Shown piece after piece: positions 51,839 through 59,812 of a DNA stretch of 64,000 bases; positions within the stretch are counted from its first letter, which is position 1; every line of letters begins with the position of its first letter. The notes beneath the pieces were generated by a model. It was given only the letters and a program-made list of their open reading frames with translations, was not told the origin of the DNA and ran no database searches. A program made the position numbers and the translations under genes. Source of the stretch: Acidimicrobiaceae bacterium (GTDB taxonomy: Bacteria; Actinomycetota; Acidimicrobiia; Acidimicrobiales; JACDCH01); NCBI GenBank assembly GCA_041166745.1, contig JBEEGH010000002.1, positions 151,837 through 215,836 of the forward strand. Reading direction: 5' to 3'.

Positions 51839-52876
51839 TCAGTTACCTCCCGCCAGCAGCTCCGCGTACAGCGACTCGTAGGAGGCCGCTACGGCGTGCC
51901 AATCGAAGTCGTGCGCTCGTTGCAAACCGGCTCTTGAAAGCGAGGCCCGAACTGCCGGCTCGGTCATGATCCGCACGAGTTCGGGGCCGAGAGCGGAGTC
52001 GTCAACGATCACACCGGCCCGCCCACCGTCGAGTACCTCGAACGCGCCGGGGTTTGCGGTCGCCACCACCGGCGTACCTGAAGCCATCGCCTCGATGTAC
52101 GGCACTCCGAATCCCTCGTACGAGCTCGGCAAGCAGAACACCCACGCCCGGCGATAACGGTCGGCGAGCTGGCCGTCGTCCAACCGTCCAAGGCGCTCCA
52201 CATTCGGCGCCTCTGGCGCGTCAGAACAGACCATCCATAGACGGGCCGATGGAAGAATTGGCAGGACGCTGGAGCTGAACGCTTCCATCAACAGGCGACC
52301 GCGCTTGCGCCGCTCGTACGTGCCAACGAAGAGGATCGTTGGCGTTGGTTCCTTGTCGCCGGGATGGAAGCTCTGAAGGTCGACCCCGTTTGGAATGACT
52401 CGCCTCACCCAGGGAAAAGACCTTCGCGTGTTCTGCGAAACGGCGACCGCAGCATCTGCCCTCAGACTCGCTACAACCTCGGTGAGACCAAGAAGGAACA
52501 TCCGCAGCCGGTCTTTGACGCCCTTGATGTGCAGCGCCTCCGAGAAGCACGAGCCGTGCAATGTTCGGACATGCGCCGGTGTGTTACGGCGGGCACGAAG
52601 GTGGTCGTCGCCGTGCGCGTGATACACGTCAAAATCAGAGAGATCCAGACCACGTAGGCGAAATCCCCAACGGAACGTTCGCAAAGACCCGGCCATCGGG
52701 ACAGCAACGTGGTCATAGCGCGCATCAGCCGGCCGGCGGCAGGGACTGAACATCGTCACGCTATTGCCTCGATCGACCATGACCTGGGCCAGCCGATGAG
52801 CGACGTACCCAGCACCGATCTTGCTCTCGCTCGGAAGGTAGTAGGACGACATGGCAATCCGGCGCGTTTCAGGCAT
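51839..52876 (-). CDS. GT4-family glycosyltransferase
   Basis: ATG at 52876 is preceded by GGGGAAA. Sequence reads MPETRRIAMSSYYLPSESKIGAGYVAHRLAQVM...CLPSSYEGFGVPYIEAMASGTPVVATANPGAFEVL. Confidence 0.85.
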   Translation of the reverse strand: MPETRRIAMSSYYLPSESKIGAGYVAHRLAQVMVDRGNSVTMFSPCRRPADARYDHVAVPMAGSLRTFRWGFRLRGLDLSDFDVYHAHGDDHLRARRNTPAHVRTLHGSCFSEALHIKGVKDRLRMFLLGLTEVVASLRADAAVAVSQNTRRSFPWVRRVIPNGVDLQSFHPGDKEPTPTILFVGTYERRKRGRLLMEAFSSSVLPILPSARLWMVCSDAPEAPNVERLGRLDDGQLADRYRRAWVFCLPSSYEGFGVPYIEAMASGTPVVATANPGAFEVLDGGRAGVIVDDSALGPELVRIMTEPAVRASLSRAGLQRAHDFDWHAVAASYESLYAELLAGGN

Positions 52877-54008
52877 CGCGTTTCCCCGGAGCGCGCTGCG
52901 CTCGGACAAGCTCGTCGCGCAGCGCCTCGAGGTAGCGCTGCCCGTGTCGAAGATCGGGCTCGAGATGGTTGCCTTCAGCCCACTCGTTCCAGGACTTCAC
53001 GAACAGCAGACGATTGTCTGGCGGAAGCGGTTCCAATCGATGAACCGCGTCGCGCACGTGAACACCGAACAGTTCAGGCGTCGAGCCGTGCGCCACGAGG
53101 CCGCGCGAGCCAGCGCGCGGACTGTTGTCCCAGCCGGGGTAGACGCAAGGGTAGACGGGTCGCGACGGCGTGGATCGGGGCCGATCGACTGGGTCCTTCG
53201 CGTAGGGATAGATCTCGGGCAATCCCAGCTTGCGCATCACGCGCATTCGAAGCGTCGTCCACCGGTCGATCCGGACTGGGATACGCACATGAACGCCCGC
53301 GTCGAAACCGTCGCGAAACGGATCGTCGTAGATTGGGCCCGCGCCAAGAAGGTCGGACATCTCCGCAACCAAATGAAGTCCCGGAAGGCCGGCCGCGTAT
53401 GCCATCTGCTGCCACCGGTCAACCCACTGCGCTGGCTCTGGTAGTTGCTCTGGCCGGAAGACATAAAACAGCGGCTTGCCGTCGACGCGCACGTACCGAT
53501 CGTCGAGAAACGCGGGCAGGACCGCATCGAAGTGATTTTGATCATCTTGCTCGCCGCCGTAGGTCTGCTCGATGAGAACGCGACCAGGCGTACCGTGCCA
53601 GATACCGGTCCACGACTGGTTCGCCCAGGCGAGACAAAAAGGGAGATCCGGCGAGCCGCTCCAAAGAACCTCCCGGAACGGCCGATCGAGCATTCGCCGC
53701 CCTGCGAACCAGTAGTGCCAGTAGACAAAACCCTCGATGCCATACTCCCGAGCAAGTTCGGCTTGAGCAACCCGCGTTTCGGGGGTGCGCAGATCGTAGA
53801 AACCGAGATCAGCAGGAATATGCGGTTGATAGTGGCCGGGGAAGCGACGGCTTGCTTTCGCGGTGTTGGTCCACTCGGTGAACCCACGGCCCCACCATGT
53901 GTCGTTCTCCACAATGGGATGGAACTGGGGCAAGTAGAAGGTCAGAGTGCGCAAGGTCGACTCGTTAGAGCCGACTGCACCAAGTCGGCTGATCGGGCCC
54001 GCGGTCAC
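52869..54008 (-). CDS. WbsX-family glycosyltransferase-like protein (GH99-like fold)
   Basis: 379 aa. The family signature is FYLPQFHPIVENDTWWGRGFTEWTNTAKA...GHYQPHIPADLGFYDLR...EYGIEGFVYWHYWF. Confidence 0.85.
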   Translation of the reverse strand: MTAGPISRLGAVGSNESTLRTLTFYLPQFHPIVENDTWWGRGFTEWTNTAKASRRFPGHYQPHIPADLGFYDLRTPETRVAQAELAREYGIEGFVYWHYWFAGRRMLDRPFREVLWSGSPDLPFCLAWANQSWTGIWHGTPGRVLIEQTYGGEQDDQNHFDAVLPAFLDDRYVRVDGKPLFYVFRPEQLPEPAQWVDRWQQMAYAAGLPGLHLVAEMSDLLGAGPIYDDPFRDGFDAGVHVRIPVRIDRWTTLRMRVMRKLGLPEIYPYAKDPVDRPRSTPSRPVYPCVYPGWDNSPRAGSRGLVAHGSTPELFGVHVRDAVHRLEPLPPDNRLLFVKSWNEWAEGNHLEPDLRHGQRYLEALRDELVRAQRAPGKRDA

Positions 54009-54820
54009 GGCTTCGCAAGTACCAGCGCTTGGGCGCAGACCGGGTAGCCGTATCCCATGTAGAACTCCCCCAAGTTGCGAAGGATCCCGTTGGGATCGCA
54101 GTCGTCAAACCCGAGCAACTCGGATCTGTCACCCATGACGAGCTCCAAGCCGGTGGCGTCAACCAGCGCACGGACGTCGATGTTGCGACCGTACGGGTTC
54201 TCGAGCTTGTCGGTAAACGGTTGCAGGTCGAGAAACATGTCGATCGTTAGAACGCAAAGACCCCCCGGGCGGAGAACTCTTCCAATCTCCTTACCAAGGT
54301 CGGGCAGGTGGCTCGGCAAGATGTGCTCGATCGTCGAGATCGAGATGACTCGGTCGACCGAGTTGCTAGCGAGTCGTGCTTGCGCCAGCGTCGATCCGAC
54401 GAGAACGACGTCGGTACGAAAAAGCCGGTTGAGGCGCGCCATTGTGTCGTCGTCCAACCGGATCGCCAGCTCCCAATAGGCTTGGTCTTCCTCGCCCGGA
54501 TCGACGTTCATCACATGGCAACCTTGTTTGGACAGAACAAACTGAAACCCAGCAAGCGCCCCGCCGAGTTCGACGACCTCAAGGCCCGGCTCTAAACGAG
54601 ATTCGAAATAGGCCCACGGATATTCGACCTCGCGAGTGTTGCTATTGCCTTGCACACAGAAGGGCCCGCCTACCCTGATCGCTAGATCGCTCTGTCCAAG
54701 ACCCACACGGGTGAGGGCCTTCCGCGCGTCACGAGCCCACCAGAAATTGCGCCCAAACGGCGCTCCCCAGCGGTCATTCCACGCAACAAAATCCTCGGGC
54801 ATCCGACGGCGTAGCAGCAC
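54005..54820 (-). CDS. Class I SAM-dependent methyltransferase
   Basis: 271 aa. Sequence reads LEVVELGGALAGFQFVLSKQGCHVMNVD...NSVDRVISISTIEHI...LRPGGLCVLTID. Confidence 0.8.
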   Translation of the reverse strand: MLLRRRMPEDFVAWNDRWGAPFGRNFWWARDARKALTRVGLGQSDLAIRVGGPFCVQGNSNTREVEYPWAYFESRLEPGLEVVELGGALAGFQFVLSKQGCHVMNVDPGEEDQAYWELAIRLDDDTMARLNRLFRTDVVLVGSTLAQARLASNSVDRVISISTIEHILPSHLPDLGKEIGRVLRPGGLCVLTIDMFLDLQPFTDKLENPYGRNIDVRALVDATGLELVMGDRSELLGFDDCDPNGILRNLGEFYMGYGYPVCAQALVLAKP

Positions 54821-54831
54821 GTACGTTTGCG

Positions 54832-56103
54832 TCAGCTTTGAGGCGCAATGTGCGCCGATATTGTCGGTCCCACCTGCATATCTCGTGGCTCGTCCTGAAC
54901 GTCATAGGAGAACGACGCCAGCGTCTTGGAATTTGCGACCGACTCGCCCACCGCTGGGACCTCATAGGGAAAGATAGGTGATACCGAAAATCGGCAGGCT
55001 GATTCGACCGCGTCCAGAACTCCCGCGTTGCACACAAATACATCGACCCGATACTCGCCGGGCAGCAGCCACGGATGGTGCAAGCGAAGCTCAAACGAGG
55101 ACTCCTCTCCCGAGCCACCCCACGTGTTCTGCAATCGGGAGTCACACTGAGCCACGATCACACCATCGCTTTCGTTAACGACGTGTGCTGCCACAAAGTA
55201 CGGCATCGCGTAACCGCTTGAGCGGGAAGTGACGAACCGTACGATCTTCTCTTCGGCACACCCGTACGACGCGTGCCTCGGCGAGACGTCGACCACACGA
55301 ACCTCGCCCGTCCCAGATCGGCGCCCGCCCTGAGCGCCTGGCCCTGATCGTGCGGCCTCGAGGTAGGCCACAACAGCTTCGGAGGTTGCGCCTACCGTGA
55401 GCACCGCACCATTCGCGAGTACGAGACAACGATGGCAGAGGCTCTCGATAGAGGCCATCTGGTGGCTTACAAACAGCACCGTTCGGCCGTCCGCCGCAAC
55501 CTCGCGCATCTTGCTCAGGCACTTCTTCTGAAACTCCTGATCGCCGACAGCTAACACCTCGTCGACCAGGAGGATCTCGGTCTCAAGGTGTGCGGCAACG
55601 GCAAACGCAAGGCGCACGTACATACCGCTCGAGAATCTCTTCACTGGCGTGTCGAGGAACCGTTCGACGCCGGCGAAATCGACGATGGCATCGAACTGTT
55701 TGGCGATCTCCTTTCGGGTCATGCCGAGGATCGACCCATTGAGGTAGACGTTCTCTCGGCCGGTGAGTTCAGGGTGGAAGCCTGTCCCGACCTCCAGTAG
55801 CGACCCAACCCGGCCCCAAACGTCAATTCGACCGGTCGTGGGTTCGGTGATTCGGGTGAGCACCTTTAGGAGGGTGCTCTTGCCGGCGCCGTTGCGCCCG
55901 ATGACGCCGAGGACCTCACCCTTGTGCACGTCGACGTCGATGTCCTTCAGCGCCCAGAACTCCTCCTTCGGAGCCCGGCGTAGCGGGTGCCGAATTCGGT
56001 CGAGCGCGAGCTCGGCAACCGTGATGTGATCAGTTGTGTTGTGACGAATGATGTAGCTCTTCGAAAGGCCCCGAACAGATATAGCGAGCTCGCTAGATGA
56101 CAT
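54832..56103 (-). CDS. Polysaccharide/O-antigen ABC exporter ATP-binding protein (Wzt/TagH-like) with a C-terminal extension
   Basis: I chose the internal ATG at 56103. Sequence reads GVIGRNGAGKSTLLKVL, ELTGRENVYLNGSILGM, FSSGMYVRLAFAVAAH and ILLVDEVLAVGD. A C-terminal domain of about 170 aa sits in the position of the Wzt glycan-binding domain. Confidence 0.9.
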   Translation of the reverse strand: MSSSELAISVRGLSKSYIIRHNTTDHITVAELALDRIRHPLRRAPKEEFWALKDIDVDVHKGEVLGVIGRNGAGKSTLLKVLTRITEPTTGRIDVWGRVGSLLEVGTGFHPELTGRENVYLNGSILGMTRKEIAKQFDAIVDFAGVERFLDTPVKRFSSGMYVRLAFAVAAHLETEILLVDEVLAVGDQEFQKKCLSKMREVAADGRTVLFVSHQMASIESLCHRCLVLANGAVLTVGATSEAVVAYLEAARSGPGAQGGRRSGTGEVRVVDVSPRHASYGCAEEKIVRFVTSRSSGYAMPYFVAAHVVNESDGVIVAQCDSRLQNTWGGSGEESSFELRLHHPWLLPGEYRVDVFVCNAGVLDAVESACRFSVSPIFPYEVPAVGESVANSKTLASFSYDVQDEPRDMQVGPTISAHIAPQS

Positions 56104-56944
56104 CTGCGAAACGTCTCTCTGCCCGGGTGAAGAACAACAGGCCAACGATGAGGAGCAGCACGGAAGTCGCTACCGAGTAAAGCAGCAGCCCGCTTGATGG
56201 GCGAGTCGAGTCGAGCACGCTCCACCGGACACCTTCGAGTAAGCCGGTGAGTGGATTGAGCTCGTAGACCCGCCGCGCACTTGCCGGTACGGCACTCAGC
56301 GCGTAAGCCACCGGACTCGCGTAGAGCAAGAACTGCACGGCAACCGGCAGCAGGTACTGAACGTCGCGGTATCGGACCATTAGAGCCCCCGCCCCCATGC
56401 CGATGCCAAGCGACGCGGAGACCAGCAGCAGTAGCCACACCGGCAAGAGAACCAAGGCTGGGCCTGGGTGCACTCCGTAAAGGAGCATCAACACGCCCAA
56501 CAGGCCCAGTGAGACACCCACGTCAATCAACGTCGAGAGCACGGTCGACAGGGGCAAGAGCAGCCGCGGGAAGTAGACCTTTGAGACCAGCTGGGCGTTT
56601 CCCACGAGTGAGCTGCTGGCTCGCGTAGTTATCTGGCTGAAGGTTGTCCAGGCGACCATCCCGGTGAGGCTGAAGACGAAGTAGGGCACGCCGGCGGGGC
56701 CTGGCAGATGGGCAACGCTACCGAAAACAAAGGACAGTATCCCCGCGCCCAGCAGCGGTTGAAGGACTACCCAGGCGACACCCAGGGCGGTCTGCCGGTA
56801 CCGCAACGTCACGTCGCGCGCCGCGAACCGAGACAACAATGATCGAAACTCAAGGAGCTCCGCGAGGTTGATTGCAAGCCAACGTCTTCGGGGGGTGATT
56901 GTGAGCCGAGGCTTCATGCTGGCAGGAGTTCGCACGTCGGCCAT
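56093..56944 (-). CDS. ABC-2 type polysaccharide exporter permease (Wzm/TagG-like)
   Basis: 283 aa. Sequence reads ELLEFRSLLSRFAARDVTLRYRQTALGVAWVVLQPLL, with six TM segments. It overlaps the ATPase gene start. Confidence 0.9.
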   Translation of the reverse strand: MADVRTPASMKPRLTITPRRRWLAINLAELLEFRSLLSRFAARDVTLRYRQTALGVAWVVLQPLLGAGILSFVFGSVAHLPGPAGVPYFVFSLTGMVAWTTFSQITTRASSSLVGNAQLVSKVYFPRLLLPLSTVLSTLIDVGVSLGLLGVLMLLYGVHPGPALVLLPVWLLLLVSASLGIGMGAGALMVRYRDVQYLLPVAVQFLLYASPVAYALSAVPASARRVYELNPLTGLLEGVRWSVLDSTRPSSGLLLYSVATSVLLLIVGLLFFTRAERRFADVI

Positions 56945-57034
56945 TACACCGTGACAGCCGCGCTTTGTTGTTCGAACGCTGCTAGCACCATAATTTTGAC
57001 GAACTCGACTTCACTAGATCTCGTTGCATGGCTC

Positions 57035-58132
57035 CTACGCTGCGACAGCGGACCGTTGCCCGCGAACCAGAGCCTGCAGCGAGGTTTCGAACTCCGCACC
57101 GGTGTAGGTCGAGGCATGGGCGCGAAGCGTGACGCTGTCCCAACGCGCGGCCAACAGGTAGCGGATCGCAATGACAATGGCAGGTGCGGTCGCGGTGTCG
57201 AAGAACACCCCCGTCTCGCCGTCCAGCACCGTGTCGACGAACCCGCCACCGCGAAGCACCACCGCGGGCTTGCCGAATGCGTTCGCCTCGAGGGGGGTGA
57301 GTCCATAGTCCTCGTAGGAGGAAGCCACGAGCCCCGCGCTGTTGGCGTAGAGCCAACGAAGCTCGTCGTCGTCGACGCGGCCCAACAAGGTTGTGTTGCT
57401 CCGCGCCAGGTGTTCAAGACGCTCGTGTTCAGGGCCTTCGCCCACGACCACGAGACGCTCGCCGGGCAGTTGACCGAACGCGTCCATGATCACGTCGACG
57501 TTCTTGTAGGGCAGTAGCCGACCGACGCAGAGCACGAAGCCGGGCGCGAGGTCGGCAATCGGCGTCGCGTGGCCTTGCGTCAGGTCGGGCACGGGCGCGG
57601 GCAGGATCTCGGCGTTGATGCCGTACACGTCGCGGATTCGACGCGCGACTGCGGTCGAGCTCGTGAGGAAGCGGTCAGCGGTACCGGCGGCATGGCGATC
57701 CCACCGCCGTAGTGCGGGTGCCGCTGTCTTGAGTCCGGCCTTGACGAGGGTGGAGGCGTTGGCCAGGTAGGTAGTCGCCTCGTCATAGAGCCAGCGGGCC
57801 GGGGTGTAGCAGTAGACGACCTTGCGTCCCGTGGTGCGGGCACCGTGGGCGAAGCCGCTGGAGGAACAGATCGTGACGTCGGCGTCGACGTTGAGGTTCG
57901 AGAACGCGGCCGGATACAGCAGCAGGCCCTTCCGGTGATCCTTCCTTAGCGCTGCGATGCGATTGGTCCAGAGCGGGCGCACGTCGGCATCGCGAAATTC
58001 GGGGAAGGTGGTGTCGGGGTCGTAGAGCGACGTGTACAGCGGCGCGTCAGGAAAGGCGCGCAGCATCGAGAGCACCACTCGCTCGGCTCCGCCCCGCTGG
58101 GTGAGGTAGTCGTGGACGATCGCAACTCTCGT
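57035..58132 (-). CDS. GT4-family glycosyltransferase; conserved N-terminus lacks a canonical start codon (ACG at 58130-58132 where Met is expected; first GTG at 58078)
   Basis: The tracked ORF 57035..58078 begins VVLSMLRAFPDAPLYTSLYDP and contains YEDYGLTPLEANAFGKPAVVLRGGGFVDTV. My own in-frame upstream translation gives T-RVAIVHDYLTQRGGAER, which is the usual GT4 N-terminal Gly-rich motif. No ATG, GTG or TTG occurs between the in-frame stop at 58208-58210 and 58078. Confidence 0.7.
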   Translation of the reverse strand, partial: TRVAIVHDYLTQRGGAERVVLSMLRAFPDAPLYTSLYDPDTTFPEFRDADVRPLWTNRIAALRKDHRKGLLLYPAAFSNLNVDADVTICSSSGFAHGARTTGRKVVYCYTPARWLYDEATTYLANASTLVKAGLKTAAPALRRWDRHAAGTADRFLTSSTAVARRIRDVYGINAEILPAPVPDLTQGHATPIADLAPGFVLCVGRLLPYKNVDVIMDAFGQLPGERLVVVGEGPEHERLEHLARSNTTLLGRVDDDELRWLYANSAGLVASSYEDYGLTPLEANAFGKPAVVLRGGGFVDTVLDGETGVFFDTATAPAIVIAIRYLLAARWDSVTLRAHASTYTGAEFETSLQALVRGQRSAVAA

Positions 58133-58359
58133 CAGCGGGGCCAGCTTCCCGCGGTCACAATTCCTCCCGATGACATCGTCACCGTTCTGCCTCCGCTCCC
58201 AGTAGTCCTACTGCTGGTCCGCCCCTCGCCAAAAGAGTACCAGCGAGCCTTAATACCCCTGAACTCGACGGTGGCGATGCCGATCATTCGCCCAGGGATG
58301 GCTACGTCTACGCTCGTGATGCGGGCCAGAACGGCATTTGCGGCAGGGAAGGCAAGAAG

Positions 58360-58821
58360 TTGGCCGAGGACCCCAACGCTCGTGACGAGGATCGAGGACG
58401 GCTGCTCGACGCCTTGAACGACGAGGACACGTGGACCGCGCCGCCCCGGCGCCCGCAGACCCGTTCTTTGGGCTCGCCGTCGAGCTTGCCTCGGGAGCAG
58501 ATCTCGCAGACCGATCACGGCCTGCTGCTCGAGGTCTACGACCTGGTCCGCAAGCTGGTCGCCGCCAACGACGCATCGGGCACCGATGGGGCCGATCGGC
58601 AGTACGAGCGGCTCAGTTCCGCGCTACTCCTCTTTGGGCGGCGCGTCGACGCCCGGCTGGGAACCTTCGAGGAGCGACTCGACGGCATCCAAGCCCACCC
58701 GGATGCGTTTCCCGGCGATCTCCTTCGAACGCTCGCACGGGAGCAGGCGCAACTGCGCGACGACGTGACGGCGATGAAAGACGCCATCGAGCAGCTTCGT
58801 CGCGGCGTGCTCGGTTTGTAG
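58360..58821 (+). CDS. Hypothetical protein with a helical C-terminal half
   Basis: 153-aa ORF ending 4 nt before the nucleotidyltransferase gene start. No motif was recognised and the start is uncertain. Confidence 0.4.
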   Translation: MAEDPNARDEDRGRLLDALNDEDTWTAPPRRPQTRSLGSPSSLPREQISQTDHGLLLEVYDLVRKLVAANDASGTDGADRQYERLSSALLLFGRRVDARLGTFEERLDGIQAHPDAFPGDLLRTLAREQAQLRDDVTAMKDAIEQLRRGVLGL

Positions 58822-58825
58822 ACGC

Positions 58826-59812
58826 GTGACGCGCAACTCCGGACGCTCGGTTGACAAGTCCGCGGTTGCAGACCGAGGGGCGGCGTTGTTCAACGCCGCA
58901 CTCGCCCGAGAGGTTCTCGCGGTGTTGCAACGTGCGGGAGTCGACGGTCTCCTGCTGAAGGGCCCGACGACATCGCAGCTGCTCGCCGAGCCTGGCCGCA
59001 CCCGCTCATACGGAGACGTTGACGTTCTCGTTCGGCTGGACGACCTCGTTGCGGCACAAGAGGTGCTTCGACACGCTGGCTTTCATTCGATGTGGGAAGG
59101 TGCGGCCCTCGACGAGCTGAGTGGTCACGCGGTCGACCTCGTGCGCGGTCGAGCGCAGGTAGACCTCCACTGGCGCATTGCCGGCATTCGCCTTCCACCG
59201 GAGCCGGCCTGGCAAGTGCTCTGGGCGCATCGCATTGAGCGCTCGATCCCCGGCGGGGGAACCGCGGTGAGCCTCGACGACCGAGCTGCGCTGTTGCTCA
59301 TCGGCCTGCACGCGGCCGCAGATCCGCATCAGCATCCGAAGGTGATGGACGATCTCACTCGAGCAGTGCGTCTCCACGGGATCGACCGCTGGCGTGAGGC
59401 CGCAAGGTTGGCACAGCAACTCGAGGCTTCTGACTTCTTGGCCAGCGGCCTGCTTCTCGTCGCTGGCGGCGACTCGGTCGTTGACGCCCTAGACCTTCGG
59501 AGGTTCGTCTCCACCGAATCTGTGCTCCGTTCGCACAATCCCCCGCCGCTGGCGCTCGGCATCGAACGACTCGTTCACACGCAAGGTGCGTGGCCCAAGG
59601 TGAAGATCCTCGCCCGCGAACTCGTGCCCACGCCCAGCGGCCTCAGGTACTGGCGACCGAACACGGGTCGCTCGAAATGGGCGCTCGCGCTCGCATACCT
59701 CCAACGGCCGGTGTTCCTTCTTCGATCCCTCCGCCCTGCACTCGCCGCGATACGCCGCGCCCGCCGGACGGCCGCCGCCTCACGCGGCTGCACGTCGTCG
59801 AGCCCCTCTTAG
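58826..59812 (+). CDS. Uncharacterised nucleotidyltransferase family protein (NTP_transf_5-like)
   Basis: 328 aa. Sequence reads LQRAGVDGLLLKGPTTSQLL...RSYGDVDVLVRLDDLVAAQEVLRHAGF...VDLHWRI. The GxxDxD nucleotidyltransferase core and overall pattern match PF14907-type proteins as I recall them. Confidence 0.65.
   Translation: MTRNSGRSVDKSAVADRGAALFNAALAREVLAVLQRAGVDGLLLKGPTTSQLLAEPGRTRSYGDVDVLVRLDDLVAAQEVLRHAGFHSMWEGAALDELSGHAVDLVRGRAQVDLHWRIAGIRLPPEPAWQVLWAHRIERSIPGGGTAVSLDDRAALLLIGLHAAADPHQHPKVMDDLTRAVRLHGIDRWREAARLAQQLEASDFLASGLLLVAGGDSVVDALDLRRFVSTESVLRSHNPPPLALGIERLVHTQGAWPKVKILARELVPTPSGLRYWRPNTGRSKWALALAYLQRPVFLLRSLRPALAAIRRARRTAAASRGCTSSSPS

Noticed and set aside
58132-58518. 128-aa minus-strand ORF upstream of the GT4 gene.
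   Set aside because: It is an Arg/Gly/Pro-rich translation overlapping the more plausible plus-strand ORF 58360..58821. Only its last 9 codons (the GTG with an SD at 58158) are relevant, to the start-codon problem of the GT4 gene.
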